Of a DNA stretch of 64,000 bases, positions 36,401 through 49,660 are shown one piece after another. The translations under genes and the position numbers were made by a program. The notes under the pieces are model-generated. The model made no database searches. It saw nothing but the letters and a program-made list of their open reading frames with translations, and had not been told where the DNA came from. Each line of letters opens with the position of its first letter. The stretch's first letter is position 1. Origin of the DNA: Saccostrea cucullata (lineage: Eukaryota); contig NW_026925603.1 of NCBI RefSeq assembly GCF_032062105.1, forward strand, positions 124,001-188,000, written 5' to 3'.

Positions 36401-39184
36401 CATTGTATACCCCCTCAGTTGGGAGGACAAATATCTGATCTATATAAGTTACATGCTCGCCTGGATGTACTTCTACAAATGTCTCCAATCACTTGATTGG
36501 GCGCTACATACTCATGACAACAGATCGATGTCTTAACATAAGGCCTACATGGACACCCCCTTTTCATTTTCTCTATAACTACTTGTATTGTGTAAATTAA
36601 TATTAGCTTACGCAGTATATTTCACGTGCTGGTAAACACTGGACTCATTAATCGATAGCATCCTTTCAGATCCGAGCTTCTATTTGTAGGAGCATGAACG
36701 AGAAGCTATTGGTTATGGCTTACTTACGTCATATTTGCCAAAGTTAAATGGAATATATTGAGAAGAGCATTGATATTTCCAACGGAGTTGGTCCTGACTT
36801 TAACTAGAGGGAATTTCATGTTGTCTCTGGTAAGACATGTATTTTTTGCAGACTTTTAAATTGCCTTGAAATTTTCAATACTTGCAATATTATAAATTAT
36901 ATATTGCTCATTGCTCATGCACTAACACCTAAAACCTAGAAAGAAAACAGTTATTTCTCAAGAACGTTTGTCAAAAATGTTTAACATTTATACTTTTAAT
37001 GAAAAGGAGGAAAACATTTCTTTAAAAAAAAAAATAAAATAAGAGAATTCCAGACGACAAAGAGCATATGATTTATGAGCCCCTTGATATATTTATAAAA
37101 TTTTCATTGAAATCACAATGGTTCATCATGTTATCCAAACTATTTTAAAAAGTTTAGGGATATATACTGTCTTTTTTCTTTTTTTATAATTTTTTTCCCG
37201 ATACTTTTTTGTCCAAGAGTGTTCTTGGAAAATACTCATCAAGTTGTCGTGAAACATTTCTAGGGTTGATAGAAATGTGTGTTGATTACTAGTATGCGCG
37301 CACATGCATGTACATGCGTTCACGTGCATTTGATGCGTGAAACGACTGCATGATAAACTGATAATTGAGATATTTTTAACTATTTTTTTGTGATAATTTA
37401 TTTTTTAAATCTCAATATATGAAGAGAAAATTATATAATGGTGTGTTCTACACAGAGCTACCAGGCAAAAACCAGTTCAAGGGGTTTTATGAATTTACAA
37501 ATTTTCTAGAAATGCTAACTACTAACATTTTACTTTTCAATAATTAAATCGAACCTAGCTGCATATCGGTGTTAAGTTATATTTTCCACTTTTTAGTAAA
37601 TTATGTGAATTGGCCGAACATTTTAAAGCTTTTAAACTAAACATAAAGTATTGCTTGAAAGAGAGATTTACTTTTTTTTTACAGAAAGTTATCGGAATTT
37701 GGGGGGAAATAAAAATTGATTTTGTTATTTTCTCTTGCAAGGGGAGTCCCTTATTAATTTATAAATCACACAGTAAAGCTCCTTTTGCATGAATACGGAC
37801 AAAGCAAATTTATGAGAATAGCTTAAGTTTTTCAGGATCCCCGGCAAAATTTTTAACAGTTAGTTGCAAACTTTTTTTTTTTTATTCCGGACAGGTTTTT
37901 GAAAAAATGAAATTTGCATCTTTTTAAACAAATTTTTCAGGGTTAGTCTCAAAGTTTGAAATATAAAAGTGACATTATTTAATTCATAAGTATTTACATT
38001 AATTATGAAGTTCATTTCATCAGAAAACTATTAAAGTATTAATGATATAATACTTTCCTATACATACTGAAAAAAAACGTATACTATATTGCGAATATAC
38101 AGTATACATATACCTTGAATATAATGAATCACTGATATAGCGAGGGAAATACAGGTCTGAGAACTTCGCTATATCCAAGTTTTACTGTAACTGCATAGAA
38201 AATCAAGAATATCCTTTAATGAAGAATTCATATTCTTACAAGTTGAAATGCTATTGAATGTATTTGTTTATTCAGTGAAAGCTGCTTCAACAGAAAAATA
38301 AATACAGATTAACTCTTTCACCACCACTTTTGATTTCCAATTAAATCAATCCAGATTACACAAGCAATAACATATACATGTGTGAAAGTTTCTTTCTTTT
38401 CAATACTAGTATTACAAGATTAAAAGATCTTTGGTTACATTGACCGTACTTGTGGATCTAATTAGCTTTAAGTCTTAGTCCATAAAAAACCAATAAATAT
38501 ACAATGTTGTCTCTTTGAGTGAAATAGTGTTCGATGATAATCCATTTCTATTTACATAATTAGCCGTTTAAATATTCATATACTAAGTAAAGTGAATGTA
38601 ATCGCGTATATATGAGTTTTATTGGTAAATAATTTTTCGTTTTTTCCATCCTGGGACATACACAAGTAATATGGATTTTAGCATTTACATGCAATAGCAA
38701 TGGTATGTAATTCAAAATTCCCTTTGCATCATTGGGAGGTATGGTCTGTAACTCTTGAATACTTGTTTTTTTAACTTTAACGTTTTATTTAGATCTAGCT
38801 AACATAAATATTATAAAACAAATATGGTTAATGTTTAATGTTAAAAAGCTTTAAAATATTTATTTTATCTTGTTTTTGTTTCACACATTAAATTGAACAT
38901 TTTTTAAAACAAAAATTTTCTGTATTTATAGTCAGTAGAACAATGTGCTATTTTTAGCAGTACAATGTAGTATTTTTAGTAGTACAGTATAGAATTAAAA
39001 GTCCGTGTAATATCGATATCAACACGCTTCTGACGAAAGGTGAAGGTCATTAAAGTGACCACCTGATTTTTAAATCCATTTTTTTTAACTTTCAAAACAC
39101 GTTTGTTTTCAAAACAAGTTGTTTTCCTCAAGCAATCACATATCAAACAAAGTACAATGTTAAGCTTTAGAAAAAATATATAGT

Positions 39185-40205
39185 TTACAGCTGCTTTTTC
39201 AATAAAAATGGAACTCGTAAATTTACTTACCTGCTCATTGGTCATTTGCAAAATTATTTTGTTAAAACACATTCTGATTGCACACACAAGTACTCTGAAG
39301 TTGATATAAAAAAAAGATGCTTGAGTTTCTGATTGACAGTATCTATGCTTTTTTTTTTGGAGACCAGGTATTCCAACAATCTATTGGAATTCCCATGGGT
39401 ATCAATTGCGCTCCGATATTAGCAGTCCCATTTTTGTATTCATATGAAGCAGAATTTGTGCAAAATATTATGAAAAGAAGAACACACTTGCTGTGGCCTT
39501 CAACTCGACATTTAGGTATATCGACGACGTATTGACAATTAACAATGCTAATTTCCATTCTTATTTCGATACGATATCCTGGAGAGCTTGAGATAAAAGA
39601 TACCACAGAGTCTGACACACCTGCTTCATACTTGAATATTTTACTTAAAAAAGTATTTAATGGTAACCTAACAACCAAGCTGTATGATAAATGTGATGAC
39701 TTTAAGTTAACTTTTCAATCATCAACTTCCACTACTTATGCAGCAATATACCTGCATCGCCTGCATATGAAGTTTATATATCTCAATTGATTCGATACGC
39801 AAGAGCATGCTCTACGTGTGAACTCGATACGCAAGAGCATGATCTACGTATGAACAATTTCTAAAACGAGGTAAATTATTGAAAAAACCAGTTGATGAAA
39901 CAAGAATACCAGTAGTCTCGCTTAAAGACATCATTTGGTAAGTTCTGTGGTCGATGCAACGGACTTAATAGTCAGCAAATACAATTAATCATGAGGCAAA
40001 TGCTGACTGACGTTTTTCATACAAATTATTATAGTCCATTATTTATACACTGACAAGGAGCACACGGCGGGTGTGAACGGTCGGCAAAGAATGCTCACTC
40101 ATTCATGGCACCTGATCCCACCTCTGGTGTTTCGGAGGTCCGTTTTTGCTCTGCACCTATTTTGTACTGTTTCATGGACTTTGATATTGAATGCTGTTCG
40201 TTATC
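39185..40205 (+). mobile_element. Degenerate Penelope-like retroelement RT, 3' part
   Basis: QQSIGIPMGINCAPILA, frameshifted FRYIDDVL, YPGELEIKDTTES, LTTKLYDK, then the 3' module at 40055-40205. Confidence 0.85.
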
Positions 40206-41397
40206 TCCATATCCTTCTTTCCCATAGAAAGATTTTCCCCACTTTAGAAAGGCAAAATAATTGTATAATTCAGAGAGAACTATTTCGGCTTACATTTGAT
40301 ATGAACAAATGTATTAAAAAAAATTAGATCTTTGGCGGAATTCTACACTAGTTTTTTCTCATGCAGAGCTAAATTCTACACTAAACATGCTAAAGTCATA
40401 TTTCTCTGGAAGAAATCTCACTAGGCGGAATTTTACATTCGTCTTTTTTCACTGGGGAAATTCTATACTATGAGACTCTTTACTCTTGGGAAGAAATGCA
40501 TGGGTCGTTTTATTCTTTGGGGAAATGTTAACTAAAAGCCAGTTCTCCGGGGGAAGGATATAAGAGGGAACACCTCAATTTTTTTTTTACAAGAAGGGTT
40601 ATCACTCGATGCTTGAGATTGCATCATACCAGCAGTTTTAATAACGCATTGGCTAGTGTTATGTTCTTAAAATGATCTCTTTCAGACTCCATGAAGAAAA
40701 TCACACAACACAGACCTCTAGATCTGTTCTGGTAACCTTATGAAATCATTCAAAACTTCCAGTAATTCGTCAAAACAGTTTCCATTGTACTCACACTCTA
40801 CAGAAATCCGAGCTATAACCACAACGCTAAGAGGCGACTAAAAGGAGTTTGGATTTGTAAGTTTCCTGGTACTGTCTCATTTCTATACTGAAGGAGGTTG
40901 GGAAATTAAACTTATGAAGACCAAGAACAGTTTCCTTTGAAAAGGTAAGATAATTCAAATACAGAGAGCAGTGCTTTTGTAAATTTTAAGGTAAATGTCT
41001 CAAATATTAAGCTGTTTTTGTTTTATAACATACAAATTAGACAACATCCCTCTCTTTCTAACCTTCTTCAAGCACATTTTTATATTTTCTGAAATTCAAT
41101 TTATTAAATTTATTTTTCACCTTGTATGGCTATAGGATACATGCCAGAGGACTTTTACTGCGATAATATTGATCAGGTGCCATAGGAGTCTCCCCTGAAA
41201 AATAAGGAAATCTCTCACAACCTTCTTCAACCCCACTCCTCTCCGAGAATATTTTTATATTTTCTGTAATTCAATTTATTAAATTTATTTTTCACCTTGT
41301 ATGGCTATAGTTAGGATACATGACTTTTACTGCGATGATATTTTTATAATATCTTGAATCTTGTAGATATTTCCTTCTGAGGTGAGACAGAGGTGAA

Positions 41398-42924
41398 ATG
41401 ATCATGAAGCTGACAACGTTTGCGTGTGGATTCAGTTTTGTCATCGTGGACATTGTCTTCTTTCTTTATAAGACGGGCGAATCCATGTTGGATGCCACAA
41501 CTCGACCATATTTGGTTCGTGCCGTGTGTTATGAAATGTTTAAAGATGAACAGGCAAAGAACGAAACTACATGTATGAATTTAGATAAATACCCCGTGCT
41601 AGAAGATTACGTTCAAAGTAAATCAGGAAATTACCTCATCTACTACCGACTCTTGTTAAATATTCCCGCCATTGCCCTCTCGTTATTTTGCGGGTCATAC
41701 AGCGATCGGTACGGCCGGAAAATCCCCATCATTCTCCCGAGTCTAGGGAGCGTGTTCGCTGTGATGCTTTATGTCGCCAGCAATATGGTGCCCGAGCACA
41801 GGATAGCGCTAATTCTAGGGGGCTCTGCAGTTCAGGGATTTTTTGGCAAAAGCTCCGTGATAACTATGGCTGTTAATAGCTTCGTGTTTGATTTGTCGGA
41901 CGCTGGGGATCGTACCCGGAACCTTGGAAAGCTCCTGGCCATGAACTTCTTTGGATTATTTATGGGGTCATTATTCTCAGGAATATTTCAAGACGTCCTT
42001 GACCTCAACGCCGCTTTTGTGTCGGTTGTTGTTCTCCATGGAGCGTCCATTCTATTCACCATTGTCCTCGTGGACGAAACTGTGGAAAGGAAGGAGACCG
42101 AAGACGACCAGAGTTCATCGTGTGAGTTATGTGAAGTGTTCAGACCCTCAAACATCAAAGAAACGCTAGCTGTCATGTTCAAATCTCGTTCTGGAAATAA
42201 CAGGACTATTATTCTGGTTTTGTTTTTGGTTTCTTTAGTGAACCAGACCTGTAAGGTCGGGGAGATGGATATAAACCTGTTGTTTGTGACTCGATCTCCC
42301 TTGAACTGGTCCAAGTCGTGGTATGGCTACCTTCTATCCTTGGACTACGCCGTTATGGGAATGTGTTTGTTCATTTTTCTGCCTTTATTCTCCAATAAGC
42401 TCATGCTTACTGATGTTTCCATTATGATATTAGGAATCGGGTGTAAGTTCATCAGATTAATATGGGCGGGATTTTGTGATGAAACTTGGATGGTATTTGT
42501 TTCCGTTGCTATAGGAGCGATGGCGGGAATGATTACTTCCGCTCTGCGCTCATTGGTCAGTAAAGCAGTGCACGTGGATGAAGCGGGAAAAATGTTTTCT
42601 CTACTTTCCTGTGGCGAAACATCTTCCAAATTCTTAGGTACATTGATATTTGTCAATCTCTATAGTGCTACCGCTCATATATTCCCAGGTATTGCTTTTA
42701 TGGTAGAAGCTTTTATATATCTAATTCTGTTAGGAGTTCTCGTAATTATGTATAAGCAGTTGCGTGACCTTCAGAGCTGTGATTTGTTACAATCGCTCAA
42801 AGAACAAACAAATTATGGCACCACCGAAAGCCACCAATCAAAGGAAAGTAAGCAATTACCGGAAATAGACGAAATGGAGGAGAATCAAGCACACCCCTCT
42901 ATGTATCCCGCCACCACACCATGA
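41398..42924 (+). CDS. MFS transporter, SLC46 / proton-coupled folate transporter-like (508 aa, single coding exon)
   Basis: About 12 hydrophobic segments, MFS motif A GSYSDRYGRK, luminal loop with two Cys after TM1, SPLNWS..WYGY and RSLVSKAV..DEAGKMFS typical of SLC46. Splice acceptor cttgtag just upstream at ~41366. Confidence 0.88.
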   Translation: MIMKLTTFACGFSFVIVDIVFFLYKTGESMLDATTRPYLVRAVCYEMFKDEQAKNETTCMNLDKYPVLEDYVQSKSGNYLIYYRLLLNIPAIALSLFCGSYSDRYGRKIPIILPSLGSVFAVMLYVASNMVPEHRIALILGGSAVQGFFGKSSVITMAVNSFVFDLSDAGDRTRNLGKLLAMNFFGLFMGSLFSGIFQDVLDLNAAFVSVVVLHGASILFTIVLVDETVERKETEDDQSSSCELCEVFRPSNIKETLAVMFKSRSGNNRTIILVLFLVSLVNQTCKVGEMDINLLFVTRSPLNWSKSWYGYLLSLDYAVMGMCLFIFLPLFSNKLMLTDVSIMILGIGCKFIRLIWAGFCDETWMVFVSVAIGAMAGMITSALRSLVSKAVHVDEAGKMFSLLSCGETSSKFLGTLIFVNLYSATAHIFPGIAFMVEAFIYLILLGVLVIMYKQLRDLQSCDLLQSLKEQTNYGTTESHQSKESKQLPEIDEMEENQAHPSMYPATTP

Positions 42925-44738
42925 TCCACGCCGCCACCACACCATGATCCGCCCTCCTGACGACTGCCGCGTGTTCTTGACAAGTGTTCTGTTATAGTTT
43001 ATATCGAATAATACAATACTCGTTATTAAATAAAGCTGCCAAATCAAAACAATTGTCCAATTGCTTATTAGAGTGAGACTATGGTTTTATCCTTACTTTT
43101 GTTATGATTTATCATAAATCCTACCAAATATAATTCTGTGCAAAAAAGAAAGAGAAATAAGAAAGATCCAATTTTTTGTTGTGTTTTTACAGAAAATGAA
43201 AGTGATGTTGAGTATATAAAGGGTTGTAAAAACAAAACAAAAAATGTCGATTTATTTTTCTTTCTTTTTCAAAAACTTTCTGGTAATATATACATGTACT
43301 TTTTCCCAGATTGATCCGTGTCCCACTTTCAAAAACCATACTCCACCCATTATCGATATTCTATTGAGTTATTTCACTATATGTATGTGTACTATCATAC
43401 TGAAAAATACTTCAACCCCCCCCTTTGAAAAAACTGAACATGACGATATTTAATGAAGAAGGACAATGACACTAAAGCATAGAGACACAACTTGTAATTA
43501 ATAAGAATATCAAAATAACACTGACTGTTATTGCAGGGGATGCTCAGTCCTCCATGACACCTGATCCCACCTCTGATGTTTCGGATGTCTGTGTTTGCCC
43601 TGCTCTTATTTTGTATTGTTTTATTGACCTTTGATCTTGAATACTGTTTCTTATCTCTATATATGTTTCTTTTAACAATATAATAAAAAAATCAGAGGAA
43701 ATGAACTATATAACACTGACCACGATAAAAGAGCCAGGAAAACTAACTTTAGGGAGGAAAATTATAAACTCCTTAGGTATAGGGGGATGACACAATAACC
43801 AATTCTAACCTCTTATAGGGATCGACAAAATTAAACAACTTTAATATAGGAAGAAAATAAGACCATCTTTGAAAAAAAAAATAAATTATGAATGTTTGCC
43901 CTCTCCAAACAAACAAACAAACATTACTTTAAAGTTCTATAGTCTTGCACAAAAACTCTACTGTATATAATTGTGAGAAAAATAAGAAAACACTTACTTA
44001 ATGTCGAAAAAGATTAACCTAATTACCATTAAGTTGAATGAGCTGGAACTGAAAGGTTTGTGAAGGTACAGAAGCTTATTGCACATCCACTGGACGCTCG
44101 AAATCAGCTTCCTCAGGTAAAAGGGCTACTGAGAAAACGAGGAGAGTCCGTGAAACATTTGTTTCTTTGTAGAAACAAGTTTTTTTTTGTCCTCAAATGC
44201 CCTCTGTGTGAAAACATCTAATTACAAAACTCCTACATCTACAGAAAACTACAGAAAACCATGACAACTGATATCTAATTATACAAAATGCATTTCTAAT
44301 TAATATTATATTGAAAAGATTTCAAGCTTTTTAAAAGGAATGTAGTAAGATTTTTTTACGCCAGAAATTTTAAACGGAATCATTAATTTAACCAAATTTT
44401 ACAATCAACTAAAATTTTCGGTCTTAGTCGTAAGTTCTTTTGTAAAACGGTCACCTGCTTTTTGTCGAACCCCGTATGCCCCCAGAGTGAGAATCAAAAT
44501 TCCGTAACTTTATTACTCATCTAAAGGATACTTTCAAAAACAGTTCGAAAATATGACTGAAATGAAATATATGGAGATAATGAACAGCTATTCAAGCTCA
44601 AAAGTCCATTTAACAATAGAAAACAGAAGCAGAGCAAACATGGACCTCCAAAACATCAGACCATGGAGGATAAGTATGAAAAACGTCAGTTAGCATTTGG
44701 CTCAATGATAAATTGTATTTGCTGACAATGTCATTGTA

Positions 44739-45199
44739 CAATGAAGCGCATTGAAGAACTTTCGAAAAGTTTTGACTATATTTAGAGTGTTTATTGTCAT
44801 CTTTTGACACGCCCATTTCTTTAGAAATTGATAAAAGCAACTTGTTTAATTGTAGAACAGGTTTTCCATAAATATAATAGCCAATCAAATTGAGGATTTA
44901 AATAAAAAAAACACGTGTTCGACCAAAACATGTGTTGTGGTAACTTCAATAGACATGAATCAATTCAAAAATATGTACATATTCGTTGCAAAACAGAAGC
45001 GGGGACTATCTCTTTTCTTCTATTTTTTTTAAAGCTCCATTTCATTAACAGTAGTGAAGGATGTCCTAAAACGTCGACGAATATTACTTTCTCGTTTCTA
45101 AAAATATGGGCGTGTCATTATGTTATAATTGACCTTCAAAACATGACTCAGAACTTTTCATCCAAACGGAGAATTTTACCACTTCAATGCGCTTCATTG
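44739..45199. mobile_element. Tc1/mariner-like MITE nested in a Penelope-like fragment
   Basis: 18-bp perfect TIR caatgaagcgcattgaag / cttcaatgcgcttcattg with TA TSD. The flanks rejoin into the minus-strand retroelement sequence spanning ~44570-45355. Confidence 0.8.
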
Positions 45200-45554
45200 T
45201 ATCAATTGACAATAGATCTTACGAAATGATGACTTTAAAGGAGACTGCTGATATTCTTATTTCAGCAACTTGTTTAATTGTCAATTGTTACGTCGATTTA
45301 AAGAAATAGTCATACGTATTCATACGTAGAACATGCTCTTGCGTATCGAATCAATTCAGTAAATTTTAAACCAAGCCTAACCCTTTTTTACTTCTCACTA
45401 AGATATTAACAGTTTAACAGTTTAAATTATTTTGTTATTTTAAAAAAAAATTATTATTATAACATATATACATACATGCGTGAGCATTACATATAACATA
45501 TATGCAAAGTGTGCTTATTAATATAATGAAATATTTTCATATAATAATTTACAA

Positions 45555-46930
45555 TGATGTTAACAGTAGTGAAGCAGAAACGTCAAGTGTACTGTGCAAC
45601 AATATATTCAAGAAGTTGTGTAAATCAGATGTGGATACTTAAAAATTCCAAAGAAGTTTTGGACGATTTGAAATCACAAGATTTCAACAAAATCAACAGC
45701 TTGAAAACTTACGACTTTTCAACTTCATACACAGCCATCCCCCGATAAACTGAAGTCCAGGCCTTTTTATATCATTGACGGCTGCGTTTAACTTTTTATA
45801 CGTCATTACAAAATTATTTTGTTAAAAAAAAATTTGATTGTACATACAAGTACCCCGTACTCTGAAGTTGACATTGAGTTTCTGATTGACAATATCTATG
45901 TGGTGTTAGGAGACCAGGTCTTCCAACAATCTATTGGGATTTCCATAGGTACCAATTGCGCCCATTATTAGCAGACCTATGTTTGTATTCATATAAAGCA
46001 GAATTTGTGCAAAATCTAAAGCGTGAAAAGAAAAGAAACACTTGCTGTGACTTTTAACTCGACATTTAGATATATCGAGGACGTATTGTCAATTAACAAT
46101 GGTAATTTCCATTCTTATGTCGATATTATATATTACTGATGAGCTTGAGATAGAAAATACCAAAGAGTCTGACACAAAGTCATATGTTTCATACTTGGAC
46201 ATTTCACTTGATAAAGACGCTAATGGTAATCTAACAACCAAGCTCTATGATAAACATGATGACTTAAACTTTTCTGTCGTCAACTTCCTTTACTTATGCA
46301 GCAATATACCTTCATCACCTGCATACGGCGTTTATATACCTCAGTTGATTCGATCTGCATGAGCAGGCTCTACGTAAGAACAAATTCTAAAACGAGGTAA
46401 ATTATTGAGTAACAAGTTGATGAATCAAAAATAGGAATATTAGCAGTCTCCTTTAAAGACATCATTTCGTAATTTCCATGGTCGATAAAATGACCTTTTT
46501 AGCAAATACAAATTATCATTTAGTCAAATACTGAGTGACATTTTCCATACTATTTGTTAGTCCATTGTTTTTACACTGAATTGACGACGGGGTTTTCCGT
46601 TATTTCTCGATCATGACAAGGAGACCACGGCAGGTATGACCGGTCGACAGGGGATGCTCACTCCTCCATTGCACCTGATCCCACCTCTGATGTTTTCAAG
46701 GTCCGTGTTTGCTCTGCTCCTATTTTGTTTTGTTTTATGGATTTTTGATATTGAATACTGTTCGTAATCTCCATGTTTCATAAACCCCGTGTGCAGGTGA
46801 TGAAGGTATATTGCTGCATGGGTAAGGGAAGTTGACAATTGAAAAGATAAAGTCATCTAATTTGTCACAAAGCTTGGTTGTAAGATTACCACAAACGCCC
46901 TTTTTATGTAAAATATATTAATATGAAACA
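45555..46930 (+). mobile_element. Degenerate Penelope-like RT copy followed by a short inverted fragment of itself
   Basis: VNQMWILKNSKE, TYDFST, IGI.IGTNCAPLLADL, LYDKHDDLNFSVVNFLYLCSNIPSSPAYGVYI, 3' module at 46617-46775; 46783-46930 is the same thumb region in reverse. Confidence 0.85.
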
Positions 46931-48699
46931 GAGGTTAAAATGTCGTTTTTGACACTCAATTATCCCTAGGGTGTAAATTGAAATTCCGAAACCTTCTTGA
47001 GTTCTTAACAGATCTACAACACACTCACAATTAAATAACAAAACATTACTGTGCTACCGTTAAAAATTTAAGAGAAAGTTCAGACAACCAAGGTTTTTGT
47101 AGAAAAATGTTTGTTTTAAATCCGATTGCCCCCAGATTAAAGTTGAACTTTTTCAGAATGTTTAGACATGTTCAAGACACCACTGATTATATTCCAGATG
47201 AAGAGTTAGTTATATGTTGCAAAATATACATGAGAAGTCCAGGGAAGCACATTTTTGTAGACTACTACATGTACATACCATGGTTCCAAAATTTTACGAT
47301 GTATTTGAGAATCAATATTTGACAAGTTTATATTTTGTGAGGAGTAAGGCTAGCAGCAAAGAAAAAGACATATTGAATCCTTTTTTTCTGAGAGTTATGA
47401 TGTTTAACAATATCTATTTTGGATATGAAAATCATTAGCTTTCTCTGAATATATAATACGTTAATGGTGAACTTAATTTTTAAAGAATTTCATCCAACTA
47501 GCATAATGGGTCAAAGAGATAATAATCCAAAACGAATTTTAAACACTTTTCAAAATTTTTAAAGTCTGAAATAATCATGAGGATGAAAGATGTGTGCAAA
47601 ATGTTTTTGAAAGTAAAAATGAATATAATGAATATACATGCATATGTTTGCTAAATTTAACTGATTTTCATGTACTTTGTACGATAACTGTCACAACGAC
47701 AACCGTCATTTCAGTAAGTCCCTCGTGTTGTAATCGAAAGAAACTAATACCCTATTCCGCGTCAAATTAACTTGTAGCTTGCGGTCATGACATTTATATC
47801 AGGTAATATTTTTTGTGCTTATCGCGTGAAATGTGGATTATCCAATGACAGAATATGATATTAAGTGCCACTTACGATAGAAGTCCAGCTACATATAGCG
47901 CTGTTTCCATATCGGCGATGCTGTTAAGGCGATTAATATACAGGTCATGATCGATTTATTGACGTTAAATGTACTCACTAGAACTTCGATTGCCATTTAT
48001 AAAAATTAACACGTTTTTCTACTGAATTTTATCTACAAATATAAGCAGATATCATAACATCGGGTTTATTTTTAGTTTGTGCGAAAATGAAAATATTGGA
48101 ATTGTACAGCGAAAGCAATTTAGGCATACTAGTATTTCTAAGCTGAAAACATTGCTTAATATATTACTAAAGAATTAAAAAAAAAAAGATAAACCTCGAA
48201 CAGCTATGAAATATACAAGATTTATTATTAAATTAAATTTGCATAACATAAAACAAATCAAGACAATGAAGACCAGACTGTCAGGAGTAATTGCTTTAAT
48301 GAAATGTTCGACATGTATATCTGTATAAATATACAAGATTTTAATTAAATTTGCATACAATACAATACTTTAAACAGAGCAAGCAAACACCAATGACGGG
48401 TGAGTCTTTACTTATCACCCGTGGGACGAAAAATCGTCGTATGTAGTTAAGGAGGAATGCCACACCAAATTTTTATTTTATGCTTTCAACCTTTTTAAAA
48501 TTTCAGCATTGACAGGCCGACATTAGCTCTTATTTATTTTATCTTATATTTTCAAAGAAAATTCAAAAAAATATTTACATCCAAATTAGATGCTTTCTTG
48601 TAAAGATTTTACTGTAAATGAATGCATCACATGACTAAGATTTTACTGATTTTGACTTTAGTTTAGAAATTAGCATATTATACGGCGATATTTAATACA

Positions 48700-49660
48700 A
48701 TACAAACCAGGAGCAGAGCAAACACGGACCTTCAAAATATCAGATCAGGTGCCATGGAGGAGTGAATATCCCCTGTCGACTTGTTGCAACCATCATGTAT
48801 TCCTTGTCGGAAAAAGACCTTGGAAAACCGTAGAGCATTCAATGTGTAAGAAATGAACTAATTATTAGTAAAAAAAAAAATCAAATCAGCTTATGATCCA
48901 ATTATAGGTTGTATACGCAGAAAAGTTCATTGTACCGACCAAAAAAAAAAAAAATCGAAAAAAAAATGACTTCACACGAGACCTTTGATACCCTTGTTAT
49001 ATCCACGTGTTTGTCAATAGCTCCTATCTTTTTTTTTAAATATATATATACAGTAAATACTCTTGCATATCGAATTAACTGAGAGACATAAACCCCTCAT
49101 ACAGAAGATAAGGGTTTTATTGCTACACAAGCAAGGGTAATTGAAAAGTTTGACGATGGATAAGTCGAAGTCATCACAGTTTATCCAGTTTATCATAGAG
49201 CTTGGTTGTAAGGTTTCCATTGCCATCCTTTTCTAGAAAAATACCCAAAAATATGAAACAACGGTGCAAGACGTTTGGTTTTAAAAATCAGTAGAATATG
49301 TTTAGTCTACATATGAATGGGAATAACAGTTTACTGTTGTTGATAAGATATTATGCTGTCGATATATCTACCTGTCGAGTTGAATGCCACAACAGATGTT
49401 TTCTTTCTCTAATTGAAAGCTTTCAATGAATTCTGTTCCATACGAATGAACATAAAAGTAGGTCGGCATCTACTAACAACAGAACGCATTTGGTGCCCAT
49501 TGGAATTCCTACAGATTGTTGGAAGACCTGATCTCCAAAAACTACACACAAAATATTTTCAATCAACTTTTTTAATATCTTCTTCAGGCTGTTTTTATAT
49601 ATTCAGTCTGAATATGTTTTTGAGCAAAATAATTTTGCAGATGACCAATGACAAGGTGTC
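48700..49660 (-). mobile_element. Highly degenerate Penelope-like RT copy
   Basis: Reverse strand gives VGIPMGTKC and RYIDS remnants, with the 3' module at ~48705-48810. Confidence 0.7.

Noticed and set aside
36430-36835. TATA/CCAAT/E-box-like motifs and a donor at 36829 as the SLC46-like promoter and first exon
   Set aside because: Plausible, but short motifs are common by chance; transcript evidence is needed.
41688-43047. Overlapping and antisense ORFs within the MFS gene (likewise within the cGLR and TCHP)
   Set aside because: Shadow frames of genuine coding sequence with no recognisable motifs.
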